DNA from: an uncultured Methanosarcinales archaeon
Lineage (GTDB): Archaea > Nanobdellota > Nanobdellia > Woesearchaeales > GW2011-AR4
NCBI GenBank assembly: GCA_964559395.1
Contig: CAZLGX010000001.1
Coordinates: forward strand, 1-29,988
Direction: 5' to 3'
Length of the DNA: 29,988 bases
Part shown: positions 15,458-23,571 of the stretch, piece after piece
Position numbering within the stretch: position 1 is the stretch's first letter
Layout: every line of letters begins with the position of its first letter
Notes under the pieces: generated by a model
What the model was told of the DNA's origin: nothing
Database searches by the model: none
Seen by the model: only the letters and a program-made list of their open reading frames with translations
Translations under genes and position numbers: made by a program

Positions 15458-16168
15458 TTATGGCTTCTGGTAATATTGTAAACGATTTCTAAAAGGTCCT
15501 TGCCATGGATTATTCAACATAATAATCTTTTCAATCTTTTTGGAACCACTAAAATTAGAGGCACTAATCATATCTTGATTAGGCATGCCCCTAAGTTGTC
15601 TTCCCATGTAAACATGATCCACAGGAAGCATTGTAGTAAAAACAGCAAACGCACCAGATTTTAGTACTTTGAATTGTTCGTTCAATATAGCAACTTTGTT
15701 TAGTTCTGGATTATAATCTGAAACGACAAAGTCCCTTGATACAACCATATCAAAAAAATTATCGGGAAAATCTATTCTTAACGCATCCATTACTCTCGCA
15801 TCGAGCCCTTGAGATTGGCAAAAAGCTACTGCTTTTGCGTCCACATCAATACCCCGAACATTTTTGTAGCCTGCCGCAGCAATGAGTGTCATGCCCAAAC
15901 CATAAGATGAAGCCACATATAAAACTTGAGCATCTTCTTTTTGGCCTAAAATATCGATCGCTGAAAATGCCGCAGGTTTTTGAAATTCCAAACTTGTAGA
16001 ATCCCTATAATCCCCTGTTTCTGGAAATAGAATATTCAGCAAAAGCCAATCACCAAAAATTTTAAGCGGCCATGGTTTTGCTTTTTCAAGAGATTTAACG
16101 TACTTATGAATTTCATCAGATTTTGCAATTCTATCGATAGTTGCTTTAATTTTATTATCCCTATTCAT
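15458..16168 (-). CDS. Class I SAM-dependent methyltransferase
   Basis: VLYVASSYG (degenerate motif I), GIDVD, FPDNFFDMVVS, VLKSGAF. Confidence 0.8.
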   Translation of the reverse strand: MNRDNKIKATIDRIAKSDEIHKYVKSLEKAKPWPLKIFGDWLLLNILFPETGDYRDSTSLEFQKPAAFSAIDILGQKEDAQVLYVASSYGLGMTLIAAAGYKNVRGIDVDAKAVAFCQSQGLDARVMDALRIDFPDNFFDMVVSRDFVVSDYNPELNKVAILNEQFKVLKSGAFAVFTTMLPVDHVYMGRQLRGMPNQDMISASNFSGSKKIEKIIMLNNPWQGPFRNRLQYYQKP

Positions 16169-16218
16169 GATTACTCAACCAAAAATTAGTTCAAAACAGA
16201 ATTCACTTCTTTTTATTT

Positions 16219-17022
16219 CTATTTTTTCTTCTCTTCCTTCTTCGGAGCTTCTGCTGGTTTTGCTCCCGCTGCCGCCGCTGCCCCCGCTGCTGGCGCTGCT
16301 CCAGGAGCTGCTCCTGCTGCCGCTGCCCCCTCGACTGGCAATAATTCCTTTATCATATCGTCTGGAATGCCAGCTTGCACAAGCTTAACCTTTATCTCTC
16401 CTCTTGGCTTGCCGGCCATCTCTGCAATAATTGCCTTGGCAATCTTTTCAAACTCTGCTTTTCTCTTTGCAAGCTCTTCCGCAAGCCTTTGCTTCTCTTC
16501 CTCAAGCTTTGCAAGCTCTTCTGCGCTAAGCTCTGTTTTTTCCAAGCGTATTTCTTCGTCAAACTTGCCTGCTTCTATATCCCTTAAAGTCTCCTTTGCT
16601 GGCTTTCCTTCCACAAGAATTCCCATTGATTGGCATGTACCAACAATTTCTTTTACCTTCTCTTTCAATGATTTTCCCAGTGTAGCGGTTTCCTTCATCT
16701 TTGCTATCTTAATGACTTGCTCTATAAGAATATCAGCGACCATTTCGTGCTTTGGCTTACCTGAAGCTTTTTCCAAATTTGCCTCTTTTTTTATTAAGCC
16801 GGAAGCTGGTGGAGTTCCTATGGAAATCTCAAAAGTTTTTGTATCTGTATCTACTTTTATTTTGATAGGTACTTGCATTCCGTTAAATACAGCTGTTTTC
16901 TTGTTGATTTCAGCCACAATTTGACCTATATTTACTCCTAACGGCCCGAGTTGAGGACCAAGCGGAGGGGCTGCGCTAGCTTTTCCTCCTTCAACAAGCG
17001 CTTGAACAGTTTGCGATGGCAT
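16219..17022 (-). CDS. rpl11: 50S ribosomal protein uL11 with long C-terminal extension
   Basis: VEGGKASAAPPLGPQLGPLGVN, GTPPASGLIKKE, EIVGTCQSMGILVEG; about 105 extra residues. Confidence 0.96.
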   Translation of the reverse strand: MPSQTVQALVEGGKASAAPPLGPQLGPLGVNIGQIVAEINKKTAVFNGMQVPIKIKVDTDTKTFEISIGTPPASGLIKKEANLEKASGKPKHEMVADILIEQVIKIAKMKETATLGKSLKEKVKEIVGTCQSMGILVEGKPAKETLRDIEAGKFDEEIRLEKTELSAEELAKLEEEKQRLAEELAKRKAEFEKIAKAIIAEMAGKPRGEIKVKLVQAGIPDDMIKELLPVEGAAAAGAAPGAAPAAGAAAAAGAKPAEAPKKEEKKK

Positions 17023-17058
17023 TTTATTATTGTTAATTTTATATTTTTTAATTTAAAA

Positions 17059-17574
17059 TTATCTTTGAGTTTGTTCGGCCAGGAAGCTTTGTATTGCCGT
17101 TTCTAATTCGCTCGCAGTTGGGAATTCTTGATGATTCAACCAAAATCCTTGAGTATGTGGAATTGGAAATTCGTTGCCTCGGAAGGTCCACCCCTGATGC
17201 CAATTACCATTTGCATAATAAGTTTTATCAAATCTTGTTCCCATCCTTCTATATGCGTCTACAAGCTCTTCAAAGCTGTAAAACTTGTCATTGTTTCTGT
17301 CTGCTAAGCCATTTTCACCAAAAAGTTGACCTACAAATTCGTCATATCTTTCCTCCTCGCGCCTTAACTTATCAAAAGCTGCTTGATCTTGCTGTCTCCG
17401 TATGGAAATATTAGATTGCTCAGCTTTGTATAGCCTTATAGGATGGTAATCCCTATACATTATCGCATTCATTGAGTACCAAACTACTGAAACCAAAATA
17501 GCCATAATACCTACAGCTTTTGCTACTGTACCCCCCACTTCAGCAATAGTTATTTTCGTACTCTCATCTTTCAT
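17059..17574 (-). CDS. Orphan membrane-anchored protein with EF-hand-like loop
   Basis: TM at aa ~17-36; DRNNDKFYSFEE at aa 92-103. Confidence 0.6.
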   Translation of the reverse strand: MKDESTKITIAEVGGTVAKAVGIMAILVSVVWYSMNAIMYRDYHPIRLYKAEQSNISIRRQQDQAAFDKLRREEERYDEFVGQLFGENGLADRNNDKFYSFEELVDAYRRMGTRFDKTYYANGNWHQGWTFRGNEFPIPHTQGFWLNHQEFPTASELETAIQSFLAEQTQR

Positions 17575-17627
17575 TTTTGGTTTACATAGATTTTTTTATA
17601 TAGTAACAACCCTTAATTTAAAAACCT

Positions 17628-18125
17628 TTACAAGCCTTCTTCTGATTCCTCTTCTCTTGGAGCTGTCTCTGTCTCCCTCCTTATGACCTTGACAGCATCC
17701 ATCTTTACTGTAATGGGAATGGGCACAGCTGCTTCGAGCAGTTCCACAACAACTTCTTCCTTGGCTTTGTCTATTCTAGTGACTTTTGCATTTTCCCTCT
17801 TGAAAGGACCTGAGATCACTTCAACAATGTCGTTTTTTTGTATATTCATCTCGTGCTTTATCTGCTCAACCATGTGCTCTATCTCAGAGTATTTAACTGG
17901 CTGGGGCAAAATGCCTCTTGCGTAAGGAATGTTAAATGCGGCTTGCTCTGCATCTGTCTTACTGGCTGCCTCGACAAAAATATAGCCCCTCATTCCATGA
18001 GGTCTTACAACGGAATATACCTCTATCTTCTTCTTTACGGCATTACTCGTGACAAAGTCCATTACCTGGTCTTCCCTGTTAGCTGTTGTCCTCAATGCAA
18101 ATATTGTCTCGTCTTCTTTTGACAT
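17628..18125 (-). CDS. spt5: Transcription elongation factor Spt5 (NusG)
   Basis: IFALRTTANRE, MRGYIFVEA, KOW motif DIVEVISGPFKRENAKV. Confidence 0.96.
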   Translation of the reverse strand: MSKEDETIFALRTTANREDQVMDFVTSNAVKKKIEVYSVVRPHGMRGYIFVEAASKTDAEQAAFNIPYARGILPQPVKYSEIEHMVEQIKHEMNIQKNDIVEVISGPFKRENAKVTRIDKAKEEVVVELLEAAVPIPITVKMDAVKVIRRETETAPREEESEEGL

Positions 18126-18173
18126 TTTTAAGTTCAAATTGCAAAGCAATTCTTCTTTGTTTTTTTTATCAAG

Positions 18174-18232
18174 CTTTTTGCGATAGCAAAAAGGTTGCCG
18201 AACTAGCTCTTTTCCTTTTGAGAAAAAACTAG
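18174..18232 (-). other. Twin hairpin upstream of spt5
   Basis: CTTTTTGC-GATA-GCAAAAAG (18174-18193, perfect). 18203-18232 pairs well only on the minus strand, using G-U pairs. Confidence 0.5.
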
Positions 18233-18276
18233 AATTAGGATTATGGATAAGCTACTCATATATAAAGGTTTTTAAA

Positions 18277-18719
18277 ATGGTGCGAATTTACAGTATTATG
18301 CAAGAAGCTTCTGATATTGAAGATATAGTACAAAAAATGGGCTTAGACTGCAATGGAATTGACAGACTTAATAAGCTAATTGGCGAAATCTCAAGTCCCT
18401 ATGATCAGTAATCTCTTTATTTAATTCCTTCAGCAGGGGATTTAATGATGCTATTAAAGGAAGGTCTAGTCCTGCGACTGCAAGAGAGCATATGAATTCA
18501 AGTGCAAATGATCCTTTATCAGTGGCAATCCTAGAATATTATAGACTCGGTTCAATAGTTGGGTCCTACATCTTTGTGTCTAGTCCTTTTCCACTAACAG
18601 CTGAACAACTTTATCTGCGGGTGTTAAAACTCGTACTAGAGCCGATAATTGGTGCTGAGGATGCTGGAAGAGTTGAAAAAATCTTTCAAGAAGCAACTTG
18701 GCGCAAATTCACACACTAG
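18277..18719 (+). pseudogene. Probably frameshifted orphan gene (~145 aa if joined)
   Basis: ORF 18277-18411 (44 aa) stops just where an open -1 frame begins (SVISLFNSF...) and continues as the ORF ending at 18719. Confidence 0.45.
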
Positions 18720-19519
18720 GTCGAATATTTTTTCCCAACCGCAAATCTTATCCTATTCAACAACGGCACAAACAAATTTGTAACTGCAAGAACAAAAGGA
18801 ATTCCAAATCTTGGATTATATATTTCAATCCCAATAAGCATAACAGCAACCAAGATTCCATAAAATATTCTTTGCTTTCTGGCAGCAGGATGCGTTTTTG
18901 GCTCTATAAGCATGAACATTGCGAAGAAAAATATTAGGCTTCCCTGTGCAATTAATTCTTTAAAATGACTGAGTGGTGAAATGTCCATTGACAGCAAAAT
19001 CAAATGGATCAAGTAATATGCTACTAAAAAGCTCGCTCCTAGATCAAATCTTTTTAATCTCCACAGAATAAATAATCCAAAAATCAAAACTAAAACAAAA
19101 GGAGAAGAAATCCACCATGTATTAAGTGCATTAAATATCAGAAAAACAACCAAAATTCCTAGATTCGCAGGGTTGAAGATATGGTGATGATTGACTTTAA
19201 CCAAATGCTTTGACAAAATTGCAATTATTCCGGCAATTATATAGATGTACCATTTCAAATCCTGAGTCAATAATCCGCCAACAAATAATCCAGAAATAAA
19301 TGCCGAGTATGGAAACTCCAGTGTTTTGAATTTAAAATAATTAATTGATATATCTAGAATTGTGGTTGTTAAAACAGCAATAAGAACTGGGGTTAAGGCA
19401 TTAATTCCAAAATCATAGAAAAATACACTGACTAACGTTAATATTACTAGAAAAGCTGACATGTATTGGTAGATTGTGAATTTATTAATTATGGATTTGA
19501 AATCCAAAAATACCACCAC
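18716..19519 (-). CDS. Stand-alone RnfD/NqrB-family membrane protein
   Basis: SAFISGL, KHL...HIFNPANLG, FFFAMFMLIEPKTHP; about 8 TM helices. Confidence 0.8.
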   Translation of the reverse strand: MVVFLDFKSIINKFTIYQYMSAFLVILTLVSVFFYDFGINALTPVLIAVLTTTILDISINYFKFKTLEFPYSAFISGLFVGGLLTQDLKWYIYIIAGIIAILSKHLVKVNHHHIFNPANLGILVVFLIFNALNTWWISSPFVLVLIFGLFILWRLKRFDLGASFLVAYYLIHLILLSMDISPLSHFKELIAQGSLIFFFAMFMLIEPKTHPAARKQRIFYGILVAVMLIGIEIYNPRFGIPFVLAVTNLFVPLLNRIRFAVGKKYST

Positions 19520-19527
19520 CTTTAAAA

Positions 19528-19759
19528 TTATACTTTTTGAAATATTTTATCACTATTGGATTTATCATGCCTTTCAAATTGATGTGAAAACTTGTTCAGC
19601 AAAGAATCCTCAATTTTTTGAAAGCCAACTAATAAGTCTGACTCCCTTATCATCTCTTTTGCAACATTTTTATAATGTGAGAATATGATTATTTGTTTTC
19701 CTAAATTTTTAATCAGTTTTAGTGACTCCAACACCATCAATAAAAATCATTATTTTCAT
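19528..19759 (-). pseudogene. Degraded or frameshifted small gene
   Basis: An SD-preceded ATG at 19759 gives MKIMIFIDGVGVTKTD*; a second frame (19737-19528) stays open for 69 aa. Confidence 0.3.
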
Positions 19760-19775
19760 TTTACCATTAAGATTA

Positions 19776-19829
19776 AATGGGGGATTTACATGTCTCACCT
19801 TGCGGCAAGACTATCCCCTTTACCATTAA
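19776..19829 (-). ncRNA. Candidate structured 5' leader with GNRA tetraloop
   Basis: Minus strand GGGGAU-A-GUCUUGCC-GCAA-GGUGAGAC-AUGUAA-AUCCCC, just downstream of TATA box 19866-19859. Confidence 0.45.
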
Positions 19830-19910
19830 ACCATTATACACAAACTTAATCCACTGCATATATAAATATTTGTAGCTTTTTAAATATATACTAAAGAATA
19901 TACTTCGCAA

Positions 19911-20117
19911 TCATTTTTTACTCTTTCTCGTCCTTGAACTCCCGCCTGTTTTATATTTTGTATATCTCCCTTTAGCCTTTTGGCTCGTTTTTTCATCCGG
20001 TACAACATCGTAAGCAGAGCCTTCATCAAAACCGCAATTTCCACATTTTATAATTTCAACAGATTGGTACAAATAAGGCATTACGTTATATGAACCGCAT
20101 TTTGGGCATTTTCGCAT
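19911..20117 (-). CDS. Small zinc-ribbon protein with basic tail
   Basis: KCPKCGS...KCGNCG. Confidence 0.78.
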   Translation of the reverse strand: MRKCPKCGSYNVMPYLYQSVEIIKCGNCGFDEGSAYDVVPDEKTSQKAKGRYTKYKTGGSSRTRKSKK

Positions 20118-20141
20118 TTTAGAAATCAATCACTTAAGAAT

Positions 20142-20429
20142 TTAAATTATTTTCTCTTTGGTTTCTTTGTTTATGATATGAATAACATTAACAGGGCAAG
20201 AATCAGCAGCTTCTTTGTTGGCTTGGAAATCCTTTTCTTCAATATCAAGCTCTTCCCACTCATCTTCTCTTTTCTTGCATCCAACTATGTCGGATTTGCC
20301 ATCTTCATGCATAGTCCAGAAATCCGGAGCAACAGCTGCACAAGCTGCGCAGCCTATGCAATTAGGCCTGTCATGCTGGATTTGGTACTTTTTCTCGGTC
20401 TGCTGTACTGTTTGATTTTGTTCTTCCAT
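20142..20429 (-). CDS. Ferredoxin (single-cluster 4Fe-4S type)
   Basis: CIGCAAC...AADSCPVNVI. Confidence 0.92.
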   Translation of the reverse strand: MEEQNQTVQQTEKKYQIQHDRPNCIGCAACAAVAPDFWTMHEDGKSDIVGCKKREDEWEELDIEEKDFQANKEAADSCPVNVIHIINKETKEKII

Positions 20430-20557
20430 TCCTGTGTGTTAACAATTGTTAAGTATATAAAAGTTTCGAATGAGAAGTCTACGAGAACAAGAATAGTAAA
20501 TGAAAGCCCCAAGAGAAAGCTTTAAAATGTGTATTCATTACTAAAAAACGATTAAAA

Positions 20558-20827
20558 ATGCATCCGACAGAAGTTACAAGAATTATAAAAGCCATTGAAA
20601 GTTTCAAGCTTAAGGAAAATACAAGGAAAATGGCCTTGGAATCTATGGGGGTAGACGGTGCTGTCTTTGATCGCCGTACAACTCTTGAGGGACATGTGAG
20701 AGTTCTAAGACTAAATGCAACTTTATTGCGAATTGGCCCCCCAGATTATGGAATTCTTGTTCAAGATTTTGGTAATGGTGTTTATAGAATTAATGGTACA
20801 GAATATCATAATACTCTAGAAAGTTAA
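20558..20827 (+). CDS. Hypothetical protein (orphan)
   Basis: 89-aa ORF filling the gap between divergent/convergent genes. Confidence 0.55.
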   Translation: MHPTEVTRIIKAIESFKLKENTRKMALESMGVDGAVFDRRTTLEGHVRVLRLNATLLRIGPPDYGILVQDFGNGVYRINGTEYHNTLES

Positions 20828-20838
20828 TTTCCACAAGT

Positions 20839-21738
20839 TCAAATATTAACTAGAAATATTCCCACAATTATCAACAAAATAGCCAAAGCCTTTATCAAAA
20901 TTGTTTTCTTATTTATGTCTTCTTTTACAATATGTGGCAGGTAAATGGTAGTGAAAAAGGTTATAAAGAAAATAAAAACTGGCGCTGTTGCGCTTCCAAG
21001 GGCGCTTACAAGAGATATTGGGCCGTTTAATATTGCAAAGCCCAAAAATATGAATGCCGAGAAATCGACAATCATCTTGAATCCAAGCAATCCTTTAATG
21101 CCGCTGTTCATATTTCTCAGCGTATAAATGAATTCCTTTCTTATAGAAGGCTCAATTAACACTAAAACTCCGGAAAAGGCAGCAATTCTCAGCCACATAA
21201 ATGCATTCCAGAAATCTGTAATTTTGTAGATGTGCTTTGATGCAACATAGTAAAACGAAATTAATAATGTAGAGCCAAGCATGAGATAAAAAGCCTTGCT
21301 TAATTTGAATTTTCCATTAATTTTCCTATAAGCAACCAAAAGCCCAGCAGTGAACAAAAGCACGAATCCAAGAAAATGTTTTTTGGTTAACGGTTCATTC
21401 AAAAAATAAAAGGACATAATCAAAACAAAAATTGGGATTAACTGCCACATCATCAAAACGCGTGAAATCTCTTCGTATTGTACAGCTTTGTAATACAAAA
21501 CTATCCCTAATGTGAGAAGTAGCCCTGCTGTCAAAGCAATAAATATATCAATTCTGCTTAATAGATTAAAGTCAAAGAAAGGTAGCAATAACAGAAGGAA
21601 TACATTCATAGCACCATTAAACACAACAAAAACAAATGGATTTTTGATATGTCCTTTTGATAGTATGATTTTATCAAAAAAAGATGTAAAAGCCCAAATC
21701 AATTCCGCTGTCAATACAAAAAGAATCCAGTTTGACAT
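20839..21738 (-). CDS. EamA/DMT family transporter
   Basis: About 10 TM helices in two repeats; DKIIL, LYYKAVQYEEISRV, FLNEPLT. Confidence 0.88.
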   Translation of the reverse strand: MSNWILFVLTAELIWAFTSFFDKIILSKGHIKNPFVFVVFNGAMNVFLLLLLPFFDFNLLSRIDIFIALTAGLLLTLGIVLYYKAVQYEEISRVLMMWQLIPIFVLIMSFYFLNEPLTKKHFLGFVLLFTAGLLVAYRKINGKFKLSKAFYLMLGSTLLISFYYVASKHIYKITDFWNAFMWLRIAAFSGVLVLIEPSIRKEFIYTLRNMNSGIKGLLGFKMIVDFSAFIFLGFAILNGPISLVSALGSATAPVFIFFITFFTTIYLPHIVKEDINKKTILIKALAILLIIVGIFLVNI

Positions 21739-21739
21739 T

Positions 21740-22780
21740 TTATGGATGTGAAATCGTTATTTTTTTATGCAGTTTTTCCAAATAAACACAAGCATTGCAA
21801 ATTTCATTAGATGCAGGCTCATTGCAATTCTTGCAAATCTTAATCTCTCCATCCTTGAACTTTTCTTTTAAATAAGGAAGTATCTGCAAAAATGAATTTA
21901 CAATTGAATATTTCGTGCCTGGAAATTTATTTTCCAAGTCATTCAAGGTGTCTCGTACTTGCGCCCTGAATGAATGAACTGCATTAGGGCATTCTGTGAA
22001 ATTGTCAAGTAATCCATTCAAAAAAGCGTAAGTTGTAACCTCTTTCTCTGTGCATAAATATAATGGTTTTATTCTTTGAATAAATTTTGCATGGTTTAAC
22101 AAACCGACCTTTGGTCCCAGCCGTGCAGACGCACTTAGGTCATTTCTCATCTGGTTCATTAAAATTGACTGGCATTCGTCATCTAGATTGTGTCCTGTTG
22201 CTAATTTGGTTAATCCAAGTTCTCTTGACTTTTTATTAAGCAAGTATCTCCTGAAAATTCCGCAAATCGTGCATGGCTTTACATTAAGGATTTTCAGCAT
22301 TTCATCTAGAGTTAATCCAAATTCTTCTTTGTAAGAGAAGATATTCAATTTGATACTGTTTTTATCACAAAAGGTTTTTGCAGTTTCTAATGTTTTATCC
22401 CTGTAGCCTGCAATGCCTTCGTTAATTGCAATAGCACTTATTTTAATTTTTGGATTTTGCTCAGATATTTTTTTTAGAATGTGGAGAACAGTTAGAGAAT
22501 CTTTGCCGCCAGACAAAGCAATGCCGATACTTTCTTCTTTTTCAATCAAATTATATTGCCTTATAGTCTTGAAAATCTTGTTTTCAAAATATTCGATAAA
22601 ATGATTTCTGCAGAGCTTTTCTCCAGAATATAAGGATATTACCGGCTTTTCATTGCAGCAGTTGAGTTTTATGATACTTATTCCAATGTTTGAAGCTTTT
22701 TTCAAAATTTTTTTTGCTTTATTCGGGTTGTAAGTATTCCAGTTCCCTGCTCCGCCGTGAAGGATGATTGCTGGTTTCAT
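21740..22780 (-). CDS. ttuA: tRNA 2-thiolation protein TtuA/NcsA-like (TIGR00269-type PP-loop ATPase) with N-terminal asparaginase-like fragment
   Basis: SGGKDS PP-loop, CTICG and CPN cluster Cys, ATGHNLDD, C-terminal CKNC...CNAC. The first ~38 aa are [12 protein letters not shown].... Confidence 0.88.
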   Translation of the reverse strand: MKPAIILHGGAGNWNTYNPNKAKKILKKASNIGISIIKLNCCNEKPVISLYSGEKLCRNHFIEYFENKIFKTIRQYNLIEKEESIGIALSGGKDSLTVLHILKKISEQNPKIKISAIAINEGIAGYRDKTLETAKTFCDKNSIKLNIFSYKEEFGLTLDEMLKILNVKPCTICGIFRRYLLNKKSRELGLTKLATGHNLDDECQSILMNQMRNDLSASARLGPKVGLLNHAKFIQRIKPLYLCTEKEVTTYAFLNGLLDNFTECPNAVHSFRAQVRDTLNDLENKFPGTKYSIVNSFLQILPYLKEKFKDGEIKICKNCNEPASNEICNACVYLEKLHKKITISHP

Positions 22781-22794
22781 TTTAAGAAGTACAA

Positions 22795-23019
22795 TCAAAG
22801 AAGTTTTAAAAATTCTTCTCTTGTTAAGCCTGCCTGTCTTATAATTTCCAATAAAGTACCCTTATCAATTTCCTTATGGTTGGGAACAACTACAGCTCTT
22901 TTGCCTTGTTCAGATTCTTTAGCGAGAATGATGTGGCTGCCTTTTTGCCTCTTTTCCTCAAAACCGATTTTCTTCAGAGTTTTTATAACTTCACGACCAG
23001 AGAGAACTGGTAACTTCAT
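22795..23019 (-). CDS. hicA: HicA-family toxin
   Basis: LPVLSGREVIKTL...GFEEKRQKGSH...VVPNHKEIDKGTLLEIIRQAG. Confidence 0.93.
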   Translation of the reverse strand: MKLPVLSGREVIKTLKKIGFEEKRQKGSHIILAKESEQGKRAVVVPNHKEIDKGTLLEIIRQAGLTREEFLKLL

Positions 23020-23222
23020 TATTTAACCTCAAAACTTGCCACAATTGTCTCTTTAGAAGTAGCTCCTTCAGGAACACCCATTTCTTCTATGTATAATTCA
23101 ACTGCTTCTTTTAAATTTTTTAAAGATTCCTCTACCGTATAGCCTTGACTAACTACATCAAGTTCAGGACATAAAGCAACAAATTGTTTTTCTCCTTTCT
23201 TTATAATAGCTGTAAAGTCCAT
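23019..23222 (-). CDS. hicB: HicB-family antitoxin (short, no DNA-binding domain)
   Basis: FVALCPELDVVSQGYTVEESLKNLKEAVELY; TAATG overlap with hicA. Confidence 0.92.
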   Translation of the reverse strand: MDFTAIIKKGEKQFVALCPELDVVSQGYTVEESLKNLKEAVELYIEEMGVPEGATSKETIVASFEVK

Positions 23223-23264
23223 TTTATTACTTACTTATTTCAAATGTTTATAAACCTATCTTTA

Positions 23265-23480
23265 TTATCCACCCGATATGACAGAAAGTATTTTTATTTT
23301 GTCATTATCATTTAATTTTTCCTCTTCAAGAATAAGCTCGTTGTTTCTTAAAACAATAACAGTAACCGGATTTATATGTAATTTTTTTAATAAATCTGCA
23401 ATTGTTGAATTATTGCCTAATTCCAGGGTTTGGTTTTTGTTTTCCCTGTCAACAAAGGCATTCACTTTTAGTTTGTGCAT
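23265..23480 (-). CDS. ThiS/MoaD/SAMP ubiquitin-like sulfur carrier (TtuB-like)
   Basis: Beta-grasp-like TIADLLKKLHINPVTVIVLRN, ending ISGG-stop. Start uncertain (23480 chosen). Confidence 0.88.
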   Translation of the reverse strand: MHKLKVNAFVDRENKNQTLELGNNSTIADLLKKLHINPVTVIVLRNNELILEEEKLNDNDKIKILSVISGG

Positions 23481-23571
23481 AGAATAAGAGGAATGCTGCA
23501 GCTTAATAAATATTGCCATGAGCAAATCACATCAGATAAATTTATATAAATAGATAGTTACTTGTAAAAAT

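Noticed and set aside
16167-16924. Plus-strand ORFs opposite rpl11
   Set aside because: Antisense shadows caused by the Ala/Glu/Lys codon bias of the extension.
18126-18260. secE expected upstream of spt5
   Set aside because: Minus-strand translation gives only an 18-codon ORF with no SecE motif or TM.
19776-19829. yybP-ykoY Mn riboswitch (AAAGGGGA start, GAGAC near end)
   Set aside because: It lacks GGAGUAGC, the CCUUU P1 partner and the four-way junction, and is too short.
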